This document shows positions 47,048-54,324 of a DNA stretch of 64,000 nucleotides, in pieces (within the stretch, counting starts at the first letter, position 1; every line of letters begins with the position of its first letter). The notes below the pieces were generated by a model. The model ran no database searches. It was not told the DNA's origin and saw nothing but the letters and a program-made list of their open reading frames with translations. The translations under genes and the position numbers were made by a program. Location: the IMG/VR virus record IMGVR_UViG_3300044675_007236. One strand, given 5' to 3'. This stretch comes from a virus (lineage: Duplodnaviria > Caudoviricetes).

Positions 47048-48274
47048 TTATATTATAGTCTCAGTCACGCTTGTCAGCTGATTGGCACTATAAATAAAAG
47101 TTTTTCGGTAGACGCGACTAGGGCTGCCGTGCGTGTAATCTAATTGCGTAAGTAGCCCGGCACTATATGTAAATATTTTTGACGAACCGTCGGAGTAAGT
47201 TATAGTTGAAACGTTACCGTTGACGTCATAAGTAATCGCAGGTGCCGAGCCGATTATCTGATTATAACGAACCTGCCGCAACTCGGGTAGCGACAAAGTT
47301 TGAGACGCTGCAAACGATAAAAGACCTGAAACATTACCAGTAGCGCCCGTGGCACCTGCAACCCCAGTTGCACCTTGGCTTCCTGTAGCACCAGTTGCAC
47401 CCTGAACACCTTGGCTTCCTGTGGCACCTGTAGCACCCTGAACACCCTGGCTTCCTGTGGCACCTGTAGCACCCTGAACACCCTGGCTTCCCGTTGCACC
47501 TTGGCTTCCTGTGGCACCTGTAGCACCCTGAACACCCTGGCTTCCCGTTGCACCTTGGCTTCCTGTAGCACCAGTTGCACCCTGAACACCTTGGCTTCCT
47601 GTAGCACCAGTTGCACCCTGAACACCCTGGCTTCCCGTTGCGCCTTGGCTTCCTGTAGCACCAGTTGCACCCTGAACACCTTGACTACCTGTAGCCCCGG
47701 TTAGACCTTGGCTTCCTGTAGCACCTTGACTACCTGTAGCCCCGGTTAGACCTTGACTACCTGTAGCCCCGGTTAGACCTTGGCTTCCTGTAGCACCTTG
47801 ACTACCTGTAGCCCCGGTTAGACCTTGACTACCTGTAGCCCCGGTTAGACCTTGGCTTCCTGTGACACCAGTTGCACCCTGAACACCTTGGCTTCCCGTT
47901 GCACCTGTAGCACCCTGAACACCTTGGCTTCCCGTTGCACCTGTAGCCCCTGCTACACCCTGCGTACCCTGACTACCAGTTGCACCTTGGCTTCCTGTAG
48001 CCCCTGTAATACCGGTAGATCCTGTTATACCCTGACTACCAGTTGCACCAGTTGCACCCTGAACACCTTGGCTTCCTGTGGCACCTTGACTACCTGTAGC
48101 CCCGGTAGCACCGGTCAAACCCGTAGCTCCAGTCGCTCCGGCAGCATCTCCAATATAATCACGAACATCTTCGCCGTTAGTAAACGTAAGCAGCTGCCTA
48201 CCAAATGCATCAGTGGTTAACTCGTCAATTTTAGTTAACTGATCTGAATAAGGCTGTGGTAGATAGTTCGTCAT
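47048..48274 (-). CDS. collagen-like fibre (408 aa), Thr/Ser-rich
   Basis: ~89 G-X-Y triplets of [12 protein letters not shown]; C-terminal YD-like repeats ([17 protein letters not shown]...FTYSAGLLT). Confidence 0.85.
   Translation of the reverse strand: MTNYLPQPYSDQLTKIDELTTDAFGRQLLTFTNGEDVRDYIGDAAGATGATGLTGATGATGSQGATGSQGVQGATGATGSQGITGSTGITGATGSQGATGSQGTQGVAGATGATGSQGVQGATGATGSQGVQGATGVTGSQGLTGATGSQGLTGATGSQGATGSQGLTGATGSQGLTGATGSQGATGSQGLTGATGSQGVQGATGATGSQGATGSQGVQGATGATGSQGVQGATGATGSQGATGSQGVQGATGATGSQGATGSQGVQGATGATGSQGVQGATGATGSQGVQGATGATGSQGATGVAGATGATGNVSGLLSFAASQTLSLPELRQVRYNQIIGSAPAITYDVNGNVSTITYSDGSSKIFTYSAGLLTQLDYTHGSPSRVYRKTFIYSANQLTSVTETII
47336..48139 (-). repeat. coding tandem repeats (GATGSQ / GVQ collagen units)
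   Basis: Near-identical 9-bp-multiple units in frame. Confidence 0.95.
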
Positions 48275-48280
48275 CTGACC

Positions 48281-49510
48281 TTAGATGTGTTGAAGCCCAG
48301 GGTGTCTTTGTCCTTTCAAAGCTACAAGCTCAAAACGTAAAAACTTGAATCCTTTATTTTTGTGCCATTCTGACGGATAAAGTTCGGTGCAGTTTATCTC
48401 TTGAAACCGACACCTAATGTTACCGTTAGCTCTTGCAAAGTCTTTTCTTGTATAAGGATACATGCTTGTTGCACTGAAATGCGATTTCCACTCAACATCG
48501 GCGTAACCCATACCCGAGTGCACTTCAGGTACTATGATAGTCAAATACCCCCCCGGAACCAAAGAGCAATATGCGGCGTTCATAAACTCGCGAACATGAA
48601 AACCTGACAGCTTCTGTAGTTCAGTATCTGCGACAATGTGACCGAAATTGTTTTCGCCAAATCCCTGTAAAAGGTGATCTTCAGCATTCCATCCGGATTT
48701 GAGTAATTTCGAAAAATCGAGTTCTTCTAACTTGTTTCGTTTTAACCACTCTTTGATCAATCGTTGTAGATAAATAACTCGAAAATTACGTGTAGCTTTG
48801 CTTATCTGATCTGCACGAGCATGTATTGTGTTGTTGTTAAAGAGCCGATAAAGATAATGACAACCACCAGTATGCGCAAAACTAGCACCGGTTAAATACG
48901 TTTTTATCATCAACTCCTGGTCGTCGCAAACGGACAAATCAGGGTTGTGCCCTCCCGCTGCAAAATAGACCGAACGTTCCCAACATCTAACGTGATCAGG
49001 GCAGTAATAAATTTCTGCCAGCGATCTAGGTGTAATGTCGAAACATCGACTGGCTTTTAAAGCTCTCCCGTAAATTTTTACAGCGTAGCTCTCCCAACCG
49101 TGTTGCGGTGACCAGTTAAACGGCAAAAATCTATCGTTCGCCGAATCCGGAGCAAATTTGAATACTGCGTTATCTGAATAAACAAAACCTGCTCCTTCTT
49201 TAAACCTACTCTGAATGCTAGCCAGCGTGTCCCCTGGGACAAGCAAATCGTCATGGTCTAGTTCGATAAAAGCATCACCACTAGCAGCTGTACAAAGCTT
49301 TCGCTTAATAGCTCCAATGTTGTAAAGTTCTCTGCCGCCTTCGATAATCTTTACTCTATTGTCCAATCTTACTGCTGTAGGAATTACCGTGTTTTTACCG
49401 TTAGGTAAAATAACCCACTCCCAGTCTTGTAGCGTTTGCAGCTTTAAAGAATTGTGAGCTTCCAATAAATAGTCTGGTGCGTGTGTGGGTGTAAATATGC
49501 TGAGCTTCAT
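48281..49510 (-). CDS. GT2-family glycosyltransferase fused to a methyltransferase-like C-terminal segment
   Basis: MKLSIFTPTH, GDAFIELDHDD, DDQELMIKTY; C-terminal EFMNAAYCSLVPGGYLTIIVP. Confidence 0.85.
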   Translation of the reverse strand: MKLSIFTPTHAPDYLLEAHNSLKLQTLQDWEWVILPNGKNTVIPTAVRLDNRVKIIEGGRELYNIGAIKRKLCTAASGDAFIELDHDDLLVPGDTLASIQSRFKEGAGFVYSDNAVFKFAPDSANDRFLPFNWSPQHGWESYAVKIYGRALKASRCFDITPRSLAEIYYCPDHVRCWERSVYFAAGGHNPDLSVCDDQELMIKTYLTGASFAHTGGCHYLYRLFNNNTIHARADQISKATRNFRVIYLQRLIKEWLKRNKLEELDFSKLLKSGWNAEDHLLQGFGENNFGHIVADTELQKLSGFHVREFMNAAYCSLVPGGYLTIIVPEVHSGMGYADVEWKSHFSATSMYPYTRKDFARANGNIRCRFQEINCTELYPSEWHKNKGFKFLRFELVALKGQRHPGLQHI

Positions 49511-49527
49511 GATTTCCTTTACCAAAT

Positions 49528-49560
49528 AAAAAACGACCGGTTATTGTAACCGGTCGTTTT
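49528..49560 (-). terminator. intrinsic terminator (potentially bidirectional)
   Basis: AAACGACCGGTTA-CAA-TAACCGGTCGTTT perfect stem with U-tracts. Confidence 0.9.
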
Positions 49561-49585
49561 GTTCTGTCAGCAGGCCAGCTTACAA

Positions 49586-50167
49586 TTAAGTCACAGATGT
49601 CACAGTTTGTCCGCCCCACAGGTTCGGAATAACTAGCCACTTCGTACCATTTCCAACAACTCGGAAACTTCCGCCGACCTTCAAATTGCTCGAACTAAGT
49701 GCAACCGAATCGGCAGCAACGTCGTTCAGTATGACCATGATATCTGTTGTGACACAGGTGATAGTCATGTCCTGATTGGCTGCGTTATAGAAAGTAAATT
49801 CCAGGTGAGCCGTCGGTACAGTTGGCAATGTGAAAGTGATAGCCGCAGAACCAGAAGCAATAAAAACACGACCAGTGTCAGCAGCTGTAAGCACTCGGTT
49901 GGCAGTAACTGTTACAAGCTCTGAGGTAACTGGTGGCGTCTGTACCAGTGTCAAGTCGCCGCTGTCTACAGCGGCCTCAAACGCGGCCTGTTCTCTTGCA
50001 AGAACACCGCCACCCACACCTTGATTACGCCCCAAAGAACTTCGGACGTCGCCAAAGACAATAAAGTCTTCGTTAATTCCCAACTCGCGTCCGTGCGGCG
50101 GAAGAAACCCGAAAAACTTTACCTTGCCCGACGTGTTTTTTACCGTCGAATACAAAACGTTAGACAT
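49586..50167 (-). CDS. capsid-associated fibre/decoration protein
   Basis: 193 aa; C-terminal TANRVLTAADTG...AITFTLP module similar to the fibre tip at 6126-8270. Confidence 0.6.
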   Translation of the reverse strand: MSNVLYSTVKNTSGKVKFFGFLPPHGRELGINEDFIVFGDVRSSLGRNQGVGGGVLAREQAAFEAAVDSGDLTLVQTPPVTSELVTVTANRVLTAADTGRVFIASGSAAITFTLPTVPTAHLEFTFYNAANQDMTITCVTTDIMVILNDVAADSVALSSSNLKVGGSFRVVGNGTKWLVIPNLWGGQTVTSVT

Positions 50168-50178
50168 TTCAAATCTCC

Positions 50179-50577
50179 TTAGGCGTTACCCGCTAGAGTT
50201 GCAGCTTCTTGGGCTTTCAGAGCCAGTACCGCGTTATACACGGATGGATCTTTAGCTAAAGTGGCAGCAGCTTGTTTGATTGCTTGATCTTCGGCAATAG
50301 CGGCTTGCTTTTGCCCGTAAGGCGTCGAGCTAACTACAGAGCCTAAAGCAGAAACGGCATCACCGAAGCGGCTTTGAGCAGAAGCTTGCTTGACAGGGTT
50401 TTCAACGGTGCGAAGCTGCGCAGCAATCTGTAGCAAGTCTGCAGCTTCTTTTTCGGTAGTCGGTTGAATACCATAGCTTGCAAGTTTGCCAAAGAATACT
50501 TGAGAATGCACGTTGTCGAACAAAGTGTTATAAGCATCATCTGCGTTTGGCAGAGCTGCTTGAGATTCTTTCGACAT
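50179..50577 (-). CDS. hypothetical head-associated protein (K-x-A rich)
   Basis: ATG at 50577 with GGAG SD; helical; 5 of 8 Lys in KxA. Confidence 0.7.
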   Translation of the reverse strand: MSKESQAALPNADDAYNTLFDNVHSQVFFGKLASYGIQPTTEKEAADLLQIAAQLRTVENPVKQASAQSRFGDAVSALGSVVSSTPYGQKQAAIAEDQAIKQAAATLAKDPSVYNAVLALKAQEAATLAGNA

Positions 50578-50600
50578 TCTAGGCTCCAAATGAAATAAAA

Positions 50601-50876
50601 TTAGTTTGCGTTGTTAAGGTAGGTTTCAACCCCGCCGCCAATAGCGTAAGGATCATAACCGTAAGTCCAGTTCCGACTACGCGGAAATGGTTTTGGCTGA
50701 GCTTGTTGAGCTGAGTGGTCTACAGTCCGCAACGTTTGCGTCAAATCTTCTTGGTAACTGCGGTTACCTCCTAGGTCTCTAGGATTAGTAACGTCGACAG
50801 CTTGCGAGACTTGCGAAAACGGCGGTCTCTGAGTAATGCTAACATCAGTGTATGGATCAGGAAAGGCAGCAGACAT
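50601..50876 (-). CDS. hypothetical protein
   Basis: 91-aa ORF with AGGAG SD. Confidence 0.65.
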   Translation of the reverse strand: MSAAFPDPYTDVSITQRPPFSQVSQAVDVTNPRDLGGNRSYQEDLTQTLRTVDHSAQQAQPKPFPRSRNWTYGYDPYAIGGGVETYLNNAN

Positions 50877-50897
50877 TTAAATTGCTCCTTGACCCTC

Positions 50898-50927
50898 AAA
50901 AAGCCCCTGGGTAAGCCCAGGGGCTTT
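50898..50927 (-). terminator. intrinsic terminator after major capsid gene
   Basis: AAGCCCCTGGG-loop-CCCAGGGGCTT plus TTTTT. Confidence 0.9.
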
Positions 50928-50942
50928 AAGACGGATCGCGTG

Positions 50943-51887
50943 TTACTCGAAGTCGACTCGAGCGAGACCTGAAGTATGACCGATTGTTCCACCGAGCGAT
51001 TCGTAAGCGAAGAACTCGATGAAGTAAGCTTCACGACGGATGTACATCGTGGTGTCTTCAAGCATATAGCTCTTACCGATAAACTTAGGATCGGCAAAGT
51101 GATACATGGTACCGGTTGGAACCAGACCCTTCTTGATGGTGATGACCCACTTAACACCCATGCATTCGCTGAGCGTCCAGCCGTTACGCATGATTTCTTC
51201 AGACAAATCACCACCCATTTCGTTGCGTGTAAACTTCGCAACGTCTTTAATAGTGATGTTGTTAAGAAGAACACAGTGAACTTCAAGGTTCGACGGTGTG
51301 CTAGGCATAACCTTCAGGCTATCAAACAGCGTATCACGAGTGATACCGCCGGAGATAGTTCTGTACTGAACAACACCCGAGGTTGGGACGACGAGGTCAG
51401 GGCCAACAAGTGCAGTATTAACCGCGCTGAGGAACTTACCATCTTCTTCAGCCAACATGTCCTTAATAGCGTTGTCGCTAAGAACCTGACGAATGTCCAT
51501 GTACCAAGTTCGAAGTTCATCAACGTCTTTGGTGAACTTAGGTGTCGTAATCCGATCAAAGGTAACCTTGTAACGGTCGCCCTTGATGTAAAGGTTGGTA
51601 GGAAGCGTAGCGAAAGGAATCGAAACAGCCGCAGGGCTGTTTGGTTCTTTATCTACGATCTTAACCGGTTTATCCGTGTCAACCTGACGATCAAGATCGT
51701 CGTTGCTGATTGGAATAGGCGGCATGATGCGGCGAAAAAAACCATCTTCCCGCATTTTAGTGCGTGTGAAGTCGTTAACGGCGTCAACGGCTTGCTTGGT
51801 CAAAGAAGCGTCCGCGGAAGAAAGCTTTTCAAAAATCGCCTGGCTTGCCAGCAAGCTTTCTTCGCGAGTCATTTCAGCAGTAGTCAT
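50943..51887 (-). CDS. major capsid protein (HK97-fold expected)
   Basis: KMREDGFFRRIMPP, YKVTFDRITTPKFTKDVDEL...DIRQ, C-terminal FFAYESLGGTIGHTSGLARVDF; GGAGG SD; followed by a terminator. Confidence 0.85.
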   Translation of the reverse strand: MTTAEMTREESLLASQAIFEKLSSADASLTKQAVDAVNDFTRTKMREDGFFRRIMPPIPISNDDLDRQVDTDKPVKIVDKEPNSPAAVSIPFATLPTNLYIKGDRYKVTFDRITTPKFTKDVDELRTWYMDIRQVLSDNAIKDMLAEEDGKFLSAVNTALVGPDLVVPTSGVVQYRTISGGITRDTLFDSLKVMPSTPSNLEVHCVLLNNITIKDVAKFTRNEMGGDLSEEIMRNGWTLSECMGVKWVITIKKGLVPTGTMYHFADPKFIGKSYMLEDTTMYIRREAYFIEFFAYESLGGTIGHTSGLARVDFE

Positions 51888-51934
51888 TTTAAACCTCCGT
51901 GGTTAACCGGATCTAAGATCCGTTGAAATTAAAG

Positions 51935-52477
51935 TTAGGTAGTTGGAAAAACTGGGAAAGGCCAGAAAGCCAAAGCATTTTGACCGTAACCGTTGTCAAC
52001 CACCCCGCGAGAAACAAAGCCAACAATCATGTTGGTGTAAAGTGTGCCACCTCGCAGCTTACCTGGGGCAGCACTACCCGAAAGGTTTGCCGTCAGCGGT
52101 TGATTGATCGCATACGACCCGCTTACGAAAGCAGTGCTAACAAGCTCGTAAGCTCCGATAGCAACCAAAGCCATGGCTTGACCAGTTGGGCTCATCGGAA
52201 TGAAAACACCGCGGTCTGTCGAGGCATTGCCGCCTTCGTTAGAAACATCAGGATCGTCCGAGTTGTTAAACGAAAACATCGGCATTACCTTGGTGTTACC
52301 GACACCAAGAATAAAGTCGCCGCTGGAATTAAGCGAAACAACCGAACCAGCCAATACGGGCAAATCTCCCGATGGAATAGTCGCAGAAAATTTCGCATGA
52401 TAGTCAACCGCATTCATTTGCGGCCAACCTTTAAGTGCGTTCAATGTGTTAGCAGTCATTTGCCGTGGAGCAGGCAT
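51935..52477 (-). CDS. capsid decoration protein (beta-tulip / gpD-like candidate)
   Basis: AGSVVSLNSSG, GAYELVSTAF, YAINQPLT, IVGFVSRG; immediately upstream of MCP; AGGAGG SD. Confidence 0.65.
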   Translation of the reverse strand: MPAPRQMTANTLNALKGWPQMNAVDYHAKFSATIPSGDLPVLAGSVVSLNSSGDFILGVGNTKVMPMFSFNNSDDPDVSNEGGNASTDRGVFIPMSPTGQAMALVAIGAYELVSTAFVSGSYAINQPLTANLSGSAAPGKLRGGTLYTNMIVGFVSRGVVDNGYGQNALAFWPFPVFPTT

Positions 52478-52519
52478 TTGTAAATCCTCCTGGATTTTGA
52501 TTGATGGCTAAATACGTAA

Positions 52520-52948
52520 TTAAGAACCTGGTGCTTGCAAAACACGCAGGAGAGCAATGTCAGAAGCCTTCTTTTGTGAAGAATGCCGTCCAACGTACGG
52601 ATCGTTAAGACTGCTGTAATTTGCAGTTTTAACAACAGGGTCGTTAACAGGTTGGCCGAGCTCGCCAGCTAGTTTTTCATGTTGACCGCGATATTCGGCC
52701 ATCTTTGTAATAGCAGTAACAAGCAAGTCCAGCGTTTGACCGTGGTCGGCAAGCATTGAGGCAGCGGCCTGCTTTTCATGCTTACCGGCACAGCCGTGTT
52801 GCAACATATGATCTAGAACAGTTTGCTGCTTAGAAGCAGCCGACTTTTCTTGAGCTCGATAACGTTGCGTATCACCAACCAATCGATCAGCAAGTACCGA
52901 CGACGCGGCAATGTACTGAATCATCATCGAGGCAATTTTGGTGTTCAT
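52520..52948 (-). CDS. hypothetical internal head protein (K-x-A rich)
   Basis: 142 aa; 7 of 10 Lys in KxA. Confidence 0.7.
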   Translation of the reverse strand: MNTKIASMMIQYIAASSVLADRLVGDTQRYRAQEKSAASKQQTVLDHMLQHGCAGKHEKQAAASMLADHGQTLDLLVTAITKMAEYRGQHEKLAGELGQPVNDPVVKTANYSSLNDPYVGRHSSQKKASDIALLRVLQAPGS

Positions 52949-52978
52949 AAAGGAATGTCTCCAGTTTTGAAATTGAAA

Positions 52979-54295
52979 TTAAGAACGAGAACGGCTCAAG
53001 ACTTCTTGAATGTAGTCTCGTACTTGTTGTTTAGCGGCTCCCTTTTTAGCAGCTGCAGCTTTGGCATGCGCCTCAACTTCCATCCCCGGAGCAGCTTCGG
53101 CTTTTTCCTTTTCAGGAGGGGCACCTGCTGGAGCTCCGGGAGGCGTACCACCGGCAGCATCGGGAGGCATACCACCGCCAGCACCGCCACCAGCCATGGC
53201 TGCTTCTAGTTCTTCCGGCGAAATTCCTAGCTGCTCGAGCAAGGCAATAAGCTGCTCGATGTCAGCCTCACCGCCACCAGCCATAGCTGCAGCATCGCCC
53301 GGAGGTCCGCCAGCGGCCATCGCAGGGTCCATGCCTGGGTCCATGCCAGGAGCACCGCCGCCACCCATAGCTGCAGGATCAATGCCACCGGGCATTTCAC
53401 CCATAGCTTGCTTTTGAATTTCTCGCGTATACTCAGTTAGAAACGAAGCAACTTTGTCGGCGTCGTCTGAAGCCACTTTAATAATTTGCTCGAGTGAATG
53501 ACTAACCAAGGCATCCGCGGCCTTCTTATCGAAGTTGCCGCTAAGCAATCCGGCTAGTTCCCACCCGGCTTGAGAAGCCGCGTCGACAGCTGACTTTTCG
53601 TCGTCATCGTCGTCATCGTCGTCAGACTTTTCACCACTTCGAAGAGCCGACAAATCAGAACCGTCAATTTTGCCGTTGTTGTTAACGTCAAGTTTCCCTT
53701 GTGCTCCGGTCAGCTCGGCTTTCTTAAGCAAAGCCAACTGAGCCAAAAGCTCGTTTCCAAGCTGGGCGGTGTAACTTGAAAGCTTTTCAATTGACATTGA
53801 AGCATACTTGTAACCGTCTAGTTCGCCGTTGTTGGTTCGAGCAGGGTGGCTCGTATTACCTAAACGACCGCCAGCCGCGTCTTCCTTTTCAGCCTTAGCC
53901 GAGCCAGTTTCAACACCTGGATCTTCGCCAGTAGGTTGCTTCTTTGTTCCGATTTGAAGTTGGTCGCCTGCTGCGGTTCCTGGCGGATTAACAGAACCGT
54001 CTTCAGACTTGCCGTCAACGGCTCGCTTAGCGGCAGCTTTTTTTGCGGCAATATTGTCAGAAGTGCTGTCGACAGAGGGCTTACCTTGGTCAGCCTTAAC
54101 ATCAGCGGTATTCTCGGCAGAGCGATCGCCTTCGGAAGCTTCTTCTGTCGAGTCGTCGACATCCTTAACAGGGTGAGTTGTGGCACCGCCGATGCTACCC
54201 GGCTCAGTGTGAGCTTCAGCGGCATACTTGACATTGCTTTTAACTGCCTGCAAGAATTGTTCGATTGTTGCTATCGAGTTTGCAGATTTGGACAT
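52979..54295 (-). CDS. scaffold-like / prohead core protein
   Basis: Low complexity, acidic, Gly/Pro/Met-rich; sits between protease and capsid genes; one EF-hand-like loop. Confidence 0.65.
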   Translation of the reverse strand: MSKSANSIATIEQFLQAVKSNVKYAAEAHTEPGSIGGATTHPVKDVDDSTEEASEGDRSAENTADVKADQGKPSVDSTSDNIAAKKAAAKRAVDGKSEDGSVNPPGTAAGDQLQIGTKKQPTGEDPGVETGSAKAEKEDAAGGRLGNTSHPARTNNGELDGYKYASMSIEKLSSYTAQLGNELLAQLALLKKAELTGAQGKLDVNNNGKIDGSDLSALRSGEKSDDDDDDDDEKSAVDAASQAGWELAGLLSGNFDKKAADALVSHSLEQIIKVASDDADKVASFLTEYTREIQKQAMGEMPGGIDPAAMGGGGAPGMDPGMDPAMAAGGPPGDAAAMAGGGEADIEQLIALLEQLGISPEELEAAMAGGGAGGGMPPDAAGGTPPGAPAGAPPEKEKAEAAPGMEVEAHAKAAAAKKGAAKQQVRDYIQEVLSRSRS

Positions 54296-54324
54296 TAAAT
54301 ACTCCTTGATCTACGGTTAACCGT

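Noticed and set aside
50976-51926. 316-aa plus-strand ORF
   Set aside because: Antisense shadow of the major capsid gene; no motifs and no plus-strand expression signals
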